Shown here piece after piece: positions 8,915 to 17,997 of a stretch of 64,000 nt of DNA; within the stretch, counting starts at the first letter, position 1; each line of letters opens with the position of its first letter. Made by a program: the position numbers and the translations under genes. The DNA is from a virus (Duplodnaviria > Caudoviricetes), in IMG/VR virus record IMGVR_UViG_3300032301_000861, positions 3,744 through 67,743 of that record; one strand, 5' to 3'. The notes under the pieces are model-generated. The model had not been told where the DNA came from. It did not search any database and saw only the letters and a program-made list of their open reading frames with translations.

Positions 8915-9850
8915 TCACCAGGCTGTGGCTATAACTAGGCCATCTCCACCTGCACCACCACCGCCAGCGGCGCCGCTGGCGGAACCGGCACCTCCACCGC
9001 CTCCACCGCAACCATAACCGCCACGTCCGCCGGTTCCTCCACTGCTGCCGGCAGTGGAGGTCGCACCACCACCACCGGTGCCTCCGTAGAATAATAATAA
9101 GTTAGGTATAGCTCGATACCCATTGAGACCACTACCTCCTCTACCTGCGCCGATTGCGGCAATACCACCGGGGTGTGGAGGATAAACTGCACCAGCAGGA
9201 ACAGTAAGTGCGCCACCCGTGGTACCTGCAATACCACCTCCGGCACCCGTGCCGCCTGTAACCATTAGGCCGCTAGTCGGGAGAGTTACAGGGAAACCAT
9301 TAGTATTATTAGTACCGCCCTGACCGCCATCCTGTCCTACCAAACTGATATTTGTGGCTGCTTGTCCCCAGGCAGGAAATCCTAATCCAGCTAGTGGTGC
9401 ATTGGCTATAGTGGTCACGGTACCAGCAGCACCCCCGAGTAGGGTGGCGGTACCTCCTCCACCCCCACCATTGGCCTGACATAATATATAATTTACTGTA
9501 GTTGATGTGCTTATGCTTATATAGCTAGGAACTCCATTGCCTCCATCACTGGTAGCACCAGCAGTACCTCCGGCACCTACACTAATGTACAGTATATCGG
9601 GCAAATCTGCTGTGGGAAATATTAGACTACATTGAGCACTGCTTCCGCCGCCACCGCCGCCGGTGGTGGTGGCTCCATTCCCCTGACCAGCGCCACCTCC
9701 TCCACCACCCCCAAGTACAAAAAAATGTACAAAACTCACACCACGGGGTTTAAGCCAAGTTTGCCAATTTGTACCCGCAGTAGGGGTGGCAGCATAAAAT
9801 ATCTGCTGATTGGCTCGAGAACTTGTGGGTAAGTGTAAGACATCAAGCAT
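8915..9850 (-). CDS. Glycine-rich virion/adhesin protein, paralog 3
   Basis: Same conserved blocks as neighbours. Confidence 0.8.
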   Translation of the reverse strand: MLDVLHLPTSSRANQQIFYAATPTAGTNWQTWLKPRGVSFVHFFVLGGGGGGGAGQGNGATTTGGGGGGSSAQCSLIFPTADLPDILYISVGAGGTAGATSDGGNGVPSYISISTSTTVNYILCQANGGGGGGTATLLGGAAGTVTTIANAPLAGLGFPAWGQAATNISLVGQDGGQGGTNNTNGFPVTLPTSGLMVTGGTGAGGGIAGTTGGALTVPAGAVYPPHPGGIAAIGAGRGGSGLNGYRAIPNLLLFYGGTGGGGATSTAGSSGGTGGRGGYGCGGGGGGAGSASGAAGGGGAGGDGLVIATAW

Positions 9851-9853
9851 AAA

Positions 9854-10600
9854 TCAATAACTTCCGCCGAACGCGGTCACCTGCCATCCTGCTCCTGCGT
9901 TTGTGCCCAGTCCCACTAATATTCGATGTCCCGGAGGTAGAGCAAAGTTAAGTGGATAATCAATATCAGAGGTAGCAGCAGTTTGAACACCGGTGGTAAT
10001 GGGCAGCGACACTTCACCAACAAAGAAATTGTTGTTCACACCAGATAGGGCAAGATTGTCTCTAATACCAGTAGCAGTTGTTTGTACAAATGTGTTGGTG
10101 GTGGTCGAAAAATAAGTAACTTGGCCACCGGATAGTGGGCCCACATACAGTCTATAACTAGTACTACCCGTAGAAACTCCCCAAGTCCAAGTTATACTAC
10201 CATTAACTGTTCCTGCAATCTGTACCAGAGCACTTTCCCCACTACTCGTGGTAAATGAACCGTATTGATCCTGTGCCACAATCTTGGCATAAAATGGTTG
10301 CTGTCGTAATGATCCACCTGTAGTGGATGTGGTAGCACTGGGCGTACCAGGACTAGGTATATTAGTTTGTAAGCGGCCGAAGCTGTTGTTAACATACATG
10401 CGGGCCACTGTGGCTGTTGAGTTTGTGCCCATGGCCTTAAATCTCAATCTCTGAACATATCCGCCATTGACCTCGTCTGCAGTAAACACCACAACATTGT
10501 TGGTACTGGTACCGGTATAGTCAGCGGCTGCGATAGTAAGTATATCACCCCCCTGTATATCACCCACGGCTGAATAAATTGGACTTGTATTTGCTGCCAT
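9854..10600 (-). CDS. Virion structural protein (beta-rich)
   Basis: 248-aa ORF, AGGA RBS, upstream TAAATA late promoter. Confidence 0.7.
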   Translation of the reverse strand: MAANTSPIYSAVGDIQGGDILTIAAADYTGTSTNNVVVFTADEVNGGYVQRLRFKAMGTNSTATVARMYVNNSFGRLQTNIPSPGTPSATTSTTGGSLRQQPFYAKIVAQDQYGSFTTSSGESALVQIAGTVNGSITWTWGVSTGSTSYRLYVGPLSGGQVTYFSTTTNTFVQTTATGIRDNLALSGVNNNFFVGEVSLPITTGVQTAATSDIDYPLNFALPPGHRILVGLGTNAGAGWQVTAFGGSY

Positions 10601-10638
10601 TTCTATTAATTCCTTTTAATTTCTTTGTGTATATTTAA

Positions 10639-12945
10639 TTAGGGCATGGCCATGCCCATTGAAATTGCGACTGCCTGGCCTTGAGTTATACCTCCGCCGC
10701 CGCCACCGGTAAAAATTGTTCCATTTATGTATAGATTGCTACCATCAACCCGAAGACGCTCGGTGGTGCCGGCTGCGATGATCACAGTGCCGGATAATCC
10801 TGCTGTACCACTTACACTGCCTATTATGGTATTACCATTACCTGTGGTTATACTGTTACCTGCGTTGTAACCTATACCTATATTGTACTGCCCAGAACTG
10901 ATATTTTGAAGAGCACGTGCCCCTAAAGCAGTGCCTGCAAAAGCATTTGTTGTTCCGAACATTGTTTCATGACCCACAGCAACATTATTAGCCCCAGTTT
11001 CGTTACTGTTTAGAGCAAGATAACCAACGGCAATGTTATTAGTGCCTGTAGTATTCGTATCTAGTGCGCCAGAGCCTGCGGCTAGATTGGTTGAGATCGA
11101 TCCGTTACCTCGACCAATTCGTATTCCATTAAAGTAACCATCTTGTTCCGCATATAAATTGCCTCCTATGCCCACTCCACCGCGAACCTGCAGTGCACCT
11201 GTACTAGTAGAACTGGCCGCAGTGGTATTGGTAATGGTGAAAATACCCGAAAAGGGGCTAGACAATCCACTCGAGCCGGTACTGACCGCAAATCCATTAA
11301 TAGTGATCTGAGTAGCGGTGATTGTACCGCCTACAAATAATCCTCCACCTATACCTACACCACCATTGACTACCTGAAGAGCACCAGTTTGAGTTGAATT
11401 AACTCCAGTAGAGTTGTTAATGGTTAACGAACCGGTGATTGTACCACCATTGAAAGAACTACTTAATGTGGTCCAAGACACACCATTGCCCGTGGAGATT
11501 AGGACCTGCCCGTTGGTGCCAGTAGTACCTCCAGCAGATAATACTCCACTAATGGTCAAGGTGTTGGCCACTATCACATTGGTTGCGGTTACTGTTCCAG
11601 CAACATCAAGGGCTACAGAAGGAACAGATTTACCTGTTCCGATACCAACATTACCAGCAAACCAATTTTGTGCCGTGCCTGCGGCATGTACATTCCATTT
11701 ACTAGCACCGCTCGCAATTCCACTATAAAGTCCATAGGCATTGGTTGCTGCTGTGCCTAGAGAAGAATCTGCGCTAAATCCATAGGCATTAGTAATAGTA
11801 CTGCCAACGCCCACTGTGTTAAATCCTGCACTGAAAGCACGATACGCACTGAGCGTAAACGAAGCCGCTTGTGTATTCATAGAGGCCAGCACACCATAAG
11901 CATTTACAGTTACATCAGACTGTATGGTATTGCTGGCGTTAAATGATCCTACAGTTGTGCCGCCAGTTAGAACAGCATTGTTACTAAACCCATAGCGAGA
12001 ATTAATACCATTAATACCCATATTGCTGGCAGCATTTACAACATCCACTGTAAGTGTACTGGTCCAAGATATGCCATTACCCGTGGAACTCAACAACTGA
12101 TTGTTGGTACCAGTAGTACCACCAGCATATAATGCGCCGCCAATGGCCACATTTCCGCCTATTCCTACCCCGCCTTTAACCTGTAGTGCACCGGTATTAG
12201 TAGAACTGGCCGCTGTAGTGGCGTTTACAAAAAGTGAGCCATTAGATACAGTTAGGCCGTCACCGTCAATTAGCACCCTTTGTGTATTGAAAGTGAGGAA
12301 GGCAAATTGACCTGCAGGAGCATTAATACTTGCATTGCCACTTAAATTATTAATGACTATTTGAGTACTTCCTTGTCCAATTGTAGCTGTGGTTCCTCCT
12401 ACATAAAGACTACCCCCGATACCTACACCACCTATTACTTGGAATGCACCGGTAATGGTAGATATTGCCTGAGTGGTATTAGTCACCGTGGTAATCCCAC
12501 TAAACTGACCTATAGTAGCAGTTACAGTACCACCATTAACATTGGTAGCATTAACCGATTGATTAGCTGTACCTATATGTGTAGTACCAGTATTAGCCAA
12601 TGCATATGCAGTGGCAGCAGCAGTAGATGTAGAAGCAGTTCCTGTCAAATTGCCAATAAATGTAGTAGCTGTAACTACACCACCTACCCATAGATCCCTA
12701 CCAATACCTGCACCGCCTGTGACTATGAGAGCACCGGTGGTAGTTGATGTTGCTTGAGTTGAACTTGTGATTGATAGGGCGGTAGTAAATGTTCCACCAT
12801 TGGCAATATAATTGATTAAATTGCCTGAAGTTTTGTAATAAAGTTTACCGTCAGCGTAGTTTAGTGCCAGTTCACCAAAGACTAAATCACCTACAAGAGG
12901 AACTTTGCCCGAGACCGAGCTTTTTTTGAGAATAATAGTAGACAT
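10639..12945 (-). CDS. Tail/capsid fibre protein
   Basis: N-terminal IILKKSS..GKVP...GELALNYADG; repeated STTTGALxVxGGxGIG modules; NxAxGxxAL trimeric-autotransporter-like repeats. Confidence 0.8.
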   Translation of the reverse strand: MSTIILKKSSVSGKVPLVGDLVFGELALNYADGKLYYKTSGNLINYIANGGTFTTALSITSSTQATSTTTGALIVTGGAGIGRDLWVGGVVTATTFIGNLTGTASTSTAAATAYALANTGTTHIGTANQSVNATNVNGGTVTATIGQFSGITTVTNTTQAISTITGAFQVIGGVGIGGSLYVGGTTATIGQGSTQIVINNLSGNASINAPAGQFAFLTFNTQRVLIDGDGLTVSNGSLFVNATTAASSTNTGALQVKGGVGIGGNVAIGGALYAGGTTGTNNQLLSSTGNGISWTSTLTVDVVNAASNMGINGINSRYGFSNNAVLTGGTTVGSFNASNTIQSDVTVNAYGVLASMNTQAASFTLSAYRAFSAGFNTVGVGSTITNAYGFSADSSLGTAATNAYGLYSGIASGASKWNVHAAGTAQNWFAGNVGIGTGKSVPSVALDVAGTVTATNVIVANTLTISGVLSAGGTTGTNGQVLISTGNGVSWTTLSSSFNGGTITGSLTINNSTGVNSTQTGALQVVNGGVGIGGGLFVGGTITATQITINGFAVSTGSSGLSSPFSGIFTITNTTAASSTSTGALQVRGGVGIGGNLYAEQDGYFNGIRIGRGNGSISTNLAAGSGALDTNTTGTNNIAVGYLALNSNETGANNVAVGHETMFGTTNAFAGTALGARALQNISSGQYNIGIGYNAGNSITTGNGNTIIGSVSGTAGLSGTVIIAAGTTERLRVDGSNLYINGTIFTGGGGGGITQGQAVAISMGMAMP

Positions 12946-12969
12946 TATACACCCTAAAAAGGATTAATT

Positions 12970-12989
12970 GGGAGAATAAAAATTCTCCC
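12970..12989. terminator. Hairpin, probable terminator/processing site between fibre genes
   Basis: gggagaat-aaaa-attctccc perfect 8-bp stem. Confidence 0.5.
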
Positions 12990-13005
12990 GTATTTCAAAA
13001 ACTAT

Positions 13006-16000
13006 TTAGTAAGTACCGCCATCAATATCGCCATAAATCAAAGCACTACCTGCAGTGTTGACCTGTAGTACTTGTCCCGCAGTGCCCAAGGGTAAGTATG
13101 CAGTCGAACCAGCAACACTTTGATATACCAGTTGATAACTGCCGCTGCCGCCTGTTAGGTTTGTCGCATTGGTAGCAACTGCTACATGTATACTACCTGT
13201 GGTAACGAATGTTGCTGTTGTAGCGTTACTTTGTAGTAAACTGCCCGCGCCGCCTACCCCGATAAACTGGGTAACACCTACAGCACTTTGGTAAGGTAAA
13301 GCACCTGCAGTACCACCTGCTATATTTGTAGCCGTGACCGCAAAGTTAGCTGTACCTACATGAGTAGTACCAGTATTGGCTAAACTATAAGCAGTAGCAG
13401 CACTAGTAGCTGTAGCCGCACTAACCGCAAAGTTAGCTGTACCCACGTGCGTAGTACCAGTATTGGCCAGTGAGTAAGCAGTAGCCGCACTAGTGGCTGT
13501 AGCCGCAAAGTTAGCTGTGCCTACGTGTGTGGTGCTAGTATTAGCTAAACTATAGGCAGTAGCTGCATTAGTGGCTGTAGCAGCACTGACCGCAAAGTTA
13601 GCTGTACCCACATGAGTGGTACCAGTATTGGCCAGCGCGTAAGCAGTAGCCGCATTAGTCGCTGTGGTCGCACTGACCGCAAAATTGGCTGTACCTACGT
13701 GTGCGGTGCTGGTATTGGCCAGCGCGTAAGCAGTGGCAGCACTGGTCGCCGTGGACGCAAAACTAGCTATTCCCACATGTGTGGTGCTAGTACTGGCCAA
13801 CGAATAAGCAACAGCAGCACTGGTAGCAGTTACAGCATTGGCTGCTGTATTAGCATATCCTACATAGATACTGCCGGTATTGGTATAAGTAGGAGCACTA
13901 GTACCAGCACTGACTAATATCTGTCCTGCGGTGCCGGGTCCATAAAAACTAGTTAAACCTGGACCTGTTTGATAAGGGACCCGACCAGCAGTCCCCCCTG
14001 CTATATTGGTTGCGGTGCTAATGCTACCTTCAATTGTAGCATTAATAGTTCCGCTAACAGTTAGATTGCCGCCGACAAACATATTGCCGCCGACTCCTGC
14101 TCCACCTGCCACTACAAGAGCGCCTGTACTGGTATTATTACTAGCGGTAGTATTGGTTAGTATGATTCCGCCAGTTTTAAATATGCCGTAAACTCCGCTA
14201 GTAAATGTGCCCCCGACTGTTTCTTGCCCTGTTCCGTACCACTCTAGATAACCACTGTCATTGTCCCACCCGAGGAAACTGTCGTTGTCTACGCCTTTGT
14301 AACTATGAAACACAAATCCAATGTCTTTGCCGTCATCAACTGTCCACGCACCGCCGACTCCGCCTGCAGGAGTGTGCAGGTTAAGAATATTGTCAGTAAT
14401 AACTGTTTGAGTGGAGAATACATATGTGGTTGTTCCACTGAATACCACATCGTTCTGGAATACCGCAGGACCTGTAACATACAATGAACTGCCGATGCCT
14501 ACACCGCCGGCTACGTATAGTGCATTGTTGGCCACTGTTGTAGTGCTGGCCATAGTACTCAGTATTGTAGCACTATTTCCAACGAATAAATTACCTCCAA
14601 TTCCAACGCCGCCACGAACTTGGAATGCACCGGTACTAGTAGATGTTGCCTGAGTGGTATTTGTTACTGTACTAACAGCACTAAATGATCCAGCAGTAGC
14701 GGTTACAGTACCACCGTTGACATTATTGGCATTAACTGCCTGGTTAGCTGTACCCACATGAGTGGTACCAGTATTAGCCAATGAGTAAGCAGTAGCAGCA
14801 TTAGTGGCTGTAGCCGCACTGACCGCAAAATTGGCTGTACCTACATGTGTGGTACCAGTGTTGACCAATGAGTAAGCAGTAGCAGCATTAGTGGCTGTAG
14901 CCGCACTGACCGCAAAATTGGCTGTACCTACGTGTGTAGTGCTGGTATTGGCCAATGAGTAAGCAGTAGCAGCACTAGTCGCTGTAGCAGCACTGACCGC
15001 AAAGTTAGCCGTGCCCACATGAGTGGTACTAGTATTGGCTAAACTATAAGCAGTGGCAGCATTAGTGGCAGTAGCAGCACTGACCGCAAAGTTAGCCGTG
15101 CCCACATGAGTGGTACTAGTATTGGCCAATGAGTAAGCAGTAGCCGCGTTAGTGGCAGTAGCAGCACTGACCGCAAAGTTAGCCGTGCCCACATGAGTGG
15201 TACTAGTATTGGCCAATGAGTAAGCAGTAGCAGCACTAGTCGCTGTAGCAGCACTGACCGCAAAGTTAGCCGTGCCCACATGTGTAGTGCTGGTATTGGC
15301 CAATGAGTAAGCAGTGGCCGCGTTAGTAGCAGTAGCAGCGAAACTGGCTATGCCCACATGTGTAGTGCTGGTATTAGCCAATGCGTAAGCAGTAGCCGCA
15401 TTAGTGGCGGTGGCAGCAAAACTGGCTGTACCTACATGTATACTACTTGTAGTGACAAACGTTGCTGTACTGCTAGCGCCCATCTGTAATAAAGTTCCAA
15501 CAGTACCTGTTCCGATAAACTGAGTAACACCAGTAGCACTTTGATAGTGTATTGCACCTGCAGTACCGCCTGAGATATTTGTAGCATTAGTAGCGTTTGT
15601 CGAACTAACTGCAAAGTTAGCTGTACCTACATGGGTAGTGCTGGTATTAGCCAATGCATAAGCAGTAGCCGCGTTAGTTGCTGTAGATGCAAAACTGGCT
15701 GTACCTACATGTATACTGCTCGATGAAACAAAAGTTGCTGTACTGCTAGCACCCATCTGTAATATTGAACCAGTAGTACCTGTTCCAATAAACTGAGTAA
15801 CACCGCTAGCACTTTGATAGTGCAGTGCTCCTGCAGTACCACCTGAAATATTAGTAGCAGCGCCTGCATTGTTAGCATAACCCACTACTAGTGTGGAAGT
15901 TGATGCCCAAGTTGCTGTAGAACCGCTGCTTAACAGTATCTGCCCGGCGGAACCTGCAATGATAAAGGATGTGGCACCAGCAGCAGTCTGGATGGGAATA

Positions 16001-16521
16001 TAACCGGCAAGACCACCTGCTAAATTAGTAGCAGTTGTTGAAGCAGCGGCATTTGCCCAGGATAGGTTTCCAGCGCCATCTGTGGTTAATACATAGCCCG
16101 ATGTTCCATTTGTAGTCGGAAATGTGTATGCGTTGTAGAATCTTATCTTACCAGAACCCGCCGGAATTAGGTTAATATCTCCGTTAGCATTTGTGCTTGC
16201 GATTACGTTTTCAACACCGGCGCCACCAATTTGCAAGTTAGTAGTTTTTAGTACATCAATTTTATTATCAGCACCTACTATGATTGCAGAACTAGTTGTC
16301 AGCGTGCCCGGAACATGGTCCAGCATATCAGTGAAATACTTACCACCGATTACTAGATGATTCGCAGCATTTCCACCAGTTTCTGTACCTTGGCCAATGT
16401 ATAAGCGATCACCACCGTTAGATTGTGTGCCAGCAAGTGCCGAGTAGGCTAATTCTCCGGTTGCCAGCGTAGCCGGATTTCCGGTCGAATCAGATCGTTT
16501 AATTCTAATAGTTGTCGCCAC
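13006..16521 (-). CDS. Tail/capsid fibre protein with tandem 26-29 aa repeats
   Basis: GTG start with GGGAG RBS; N-terminal IRIKRS...GELAYS; C-terminal DIDGGTY. Confidence 0.85.
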   Translation of the reverse strand: MATTIRIKRSDSTGNPATLATGELAYSALAGTQSNGGDRLYIGQGTETGGNAANHLVIGGKYFTDMLDHVPGTLTTSSAIIVGADNKIDVLKTTNLQIGGAGVENVIASTNANGDINLIPAGSGKIRFYNAYTFPTTNGTSGYVLTTDGAGNLSWANAAASTTATNLAGGLAGYIPIQTAAGATSFIIAGSAGQILLSSGSTATWASTSTLVVGYANNAGAATNISGGTAGALHYQSASGVTQFIGTGTTGSILQMGASSTATFVSSSSIHVGTASFASTATNAATAYALANTSTTHVGTANFAVSSTNATNATNISGGTAGAIHYQSATGVTQFIGTGTVGTLLQMGASSTATFVTTSSIHVGTASFAATATNAATAYALANTSTTHVGIASFAATATNAATAYSLANTSTTHVGTANFAVSAATATSAATAYSLANTSTTHVGTANFAVSAATATNAATAYSLANTSTTHVGTANFAVSAATATNAATAYSLANTSTTHVGTANFAVSAATATSAATAYSLANTSTTHVGTANFAVSAATATNAATAYSLVNTGTTHVGTANFAVSAATATNAATAYSLANTGTTHVGTANQAVNANNVNGGTVTATAGSFSAVSTVTNTTQATSTSTGAFQVRGGVGIGGNLFVGNSATILSTMASTTTVANNALYVAGGVGIGSSLYVTGPAVFQNDVVFSGTTTYVFSTQTVITDNILNLHTPAGGVGGAWTVDDGKDIGFVFHSYKGVDNDSFLGWDNDSGYLEWYGTGQETVGGTFTSGVYGIFKTGGIILTNTTASNNTSTGALVVAGGAGVGGNMFVGGNLTVSGTINATIEGSISTATNIAGGTAGRVPYQTGPGLTSFYGPGTAGQILVSAGTSAPTYTNTGSIYVGYANTAANAVTATSAAVAYSLASTSTTHVGIASFASTATSAATAYALANTSTAHVGTANFAVSATTATNAATAYALANTGTTHVGTANFAVSAATATNAATAYSLANTSTTHVGTANFAATATSAATAYSLANTGTTHVGTANFAVSAATATSAATAYSLANTGTTHVGTANFAVTATNIAGGTAGALPYQSAVGVTQFIGVGGAGSLLQSNATTATFVTTGSIHVAVATNATNLTGGSGSYQLVYQSVAGSTAYLPLGTAGQVLQVNTAGSALIYGDIDGGTY
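13330..15700 (-). repeat. Coding tandem repeats (~87 bp; ATAYSLANTSTTHVGTANFAVSAATATNA), 15 copies: blocks of 8 and 6 plus a single copy
   Basis: Counted in translation of 13006..16521. Confidence 0.9.
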
Positions 16522-16541
16522 TTACAATCTCCCGTAATTCT

Positions 16542-16841
16542 TTAAAAATGCCCGCCGTCCATGTTCTGTTTGGTAAGGTCTTTGGTTCCGACCCACTTAT
16601 TTATGCTATTATCGTACACAAGAACCTCCCCATCAGCAGGGCTAGCAGCCAATACGTCGCTTAGGCCTTGTAATGTAGTAACACTGTTGGCATAATCTAA
16701 ATCATTCCAACGGTCTACACCGTTGCCTATTTTAAATTTACCAGTATCAGACTCTGCAGCCAATTCACCGTCTGCAAGTATAGGATTCGCAATGGTCCAT
16801 TGTGCCGCAAATCCGCGCCGTATCTGTATTCTAACAGCCAT
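16542..16841 (-). CDS. Small fibre-associated protein with Mtd-N/hyaluronidase-N-like anchor domain
   Basis: IQIRRG.AA.W..ANPILA.GE...E.DTGKFKIGNG...W..L; ends DGGHF. Confidence 0.75.
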   Translation of the reverse strand: MAVRIQIRRGFAAQWTIANPILADGELAAESDTGKFKIGNGVDRWNDLDYANSVTTLQGLSDVLAASPADGEVLVYDNSINKWVGTKDLTKQNMDGGHF

Positions 16842-17596
16842 TAAATTCCACCTCCGTCTACCGGATCTAATCCACCATATACTGAATTTGGAGTTCCACC
16901 ATCCAAATTACCGAATCCTAGTGCCTCTATAGTTATCGTTTTATAGGGCGATGCGGCAGGATCTGTGGTTATGGTAATTGCGTTACCTGCTACAAATTCT
17001 ATAATATCTTCTCCGCTGGCCACTAGATCTGTAGAACTATTGACTTTTATAGTTTTAAAAGTACTCGAAACTCCTGCCGTAGCAGTATTAGCATTTAATG
17101 TTCCATCAGGACCAATGGTTAAATTTGCACCAACTTTGATACCACCTAGTGTTGAAGTAGTAGCGGCGGGCAATACATATGAACTGGTACTTACTGCGGA
17201 CAGTGTTCCATCACCACTGATACTAAGACCAGTGCCAACTTTGACCCCGCCCAATACACTACTTGTAGCAGTGTTTAACACATAAGGTGCTGGTATATTA
17301 GTTAGATCATTGTAATTGCCACTAAAAGGTGCCGCAACAGAGATAGTGCCATCTGCTGTGATTGAGACATTGGCGCCAATCTTGACGCCACCCAGCCTGG
17401 TATTTGTGGCTGTGACCAGTACATAAGTGCTAGTGCCACCACCCCCACTAGTGAACAGTATTCCACCGGGTGTATAACCGTCACTGAGTCTTAATTCGGG
17501 AGTATCTTCGTCGTAGAATATCGTGCCCTTATCACCTACATAAGTAGGAGCCTGAACGGTAATTATTCTACCTGATTTTATCTTTTGTACGGGCAC
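16841..17596 (-). CDS. Fibre-like protein with AT.S.LGGVKVG repeats
   Basis: Three LGG(V/I)K(I/V)G repeats; C-terminal DGG motifs. Confidence 0.75.
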   Translation of the reverse strand: MPVQKIKSGRIITVQAPTYVGDKGTIFYDEDTPELRLSDGYTPGGILFTSGGGGTSTYVLVTATNTRLGGVKIGANVSITADGTISVAAPFSGNYNDLTNIPAPYVLNTATSSVLGGVKVGTGLSISGDGTLSAVSTSSYVLPAATTSTLGGIKVGANLTIGPDGTLNANTATAGVSSTFKTIKVNSSTDLVASGEDIIEFVAGNAITITTDPAASPYKTITIEALGFGNLDGGTPNSVYGGLDPVDGGGI

Positions 17597-17638
17597 ACTA
17601 AATCTTCCAATTTAGTGTATTTACCGTTTGAACCCAGA

Positions 17639-17983
17639 CTAGGCTTCCCTCAGGGTCTGTTGATATTCATTGGCCAGTGCGTCAAAACTTTCAGATACAT
17701 CAAATTCTGTTTGTTCTGCAACTTCTTCACTAGATTCTTCAGAATAGGCACCGTTGTCGTCAAGTATTTGACTGAGTACTTTACTACGCTTGCCTTCTTG
17801 GTGTTTGAGCAATTCTAGTTGCTGCTGTAATGGAAACACATTAACAGGAGCCGGGGGTAGTTCTTTTTCCGGGGCAGAGGCCACAACTGGATCACCGCTA
17901 CCCGACGGTATAGTAATAGTAATAGGGATATTGATAGTAACTACTTTACCGTCAGATTCTGATAAAAATTCTCTTGCTCTCAT
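17639..17983 (-). CDS. Hypothetical late protein with MRAREFLSE leader
   Basis: 114-aa acidic ORF; TAAATA 7 nt upstream of ATG. Confidence 0.75.
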   Translation of the reverse strand: MRAREFLSESDGKVVTINIPITITIPSGSGDPVVASAPEKELPPAPVNVFPLQQQLELLKHQEGKRSKVLSQILDDNGAYSEESSEEVAEQTEFDVSESFDALANEYQQTLREA

Positions 17984-17997
17984 AGTATATTATTTAT

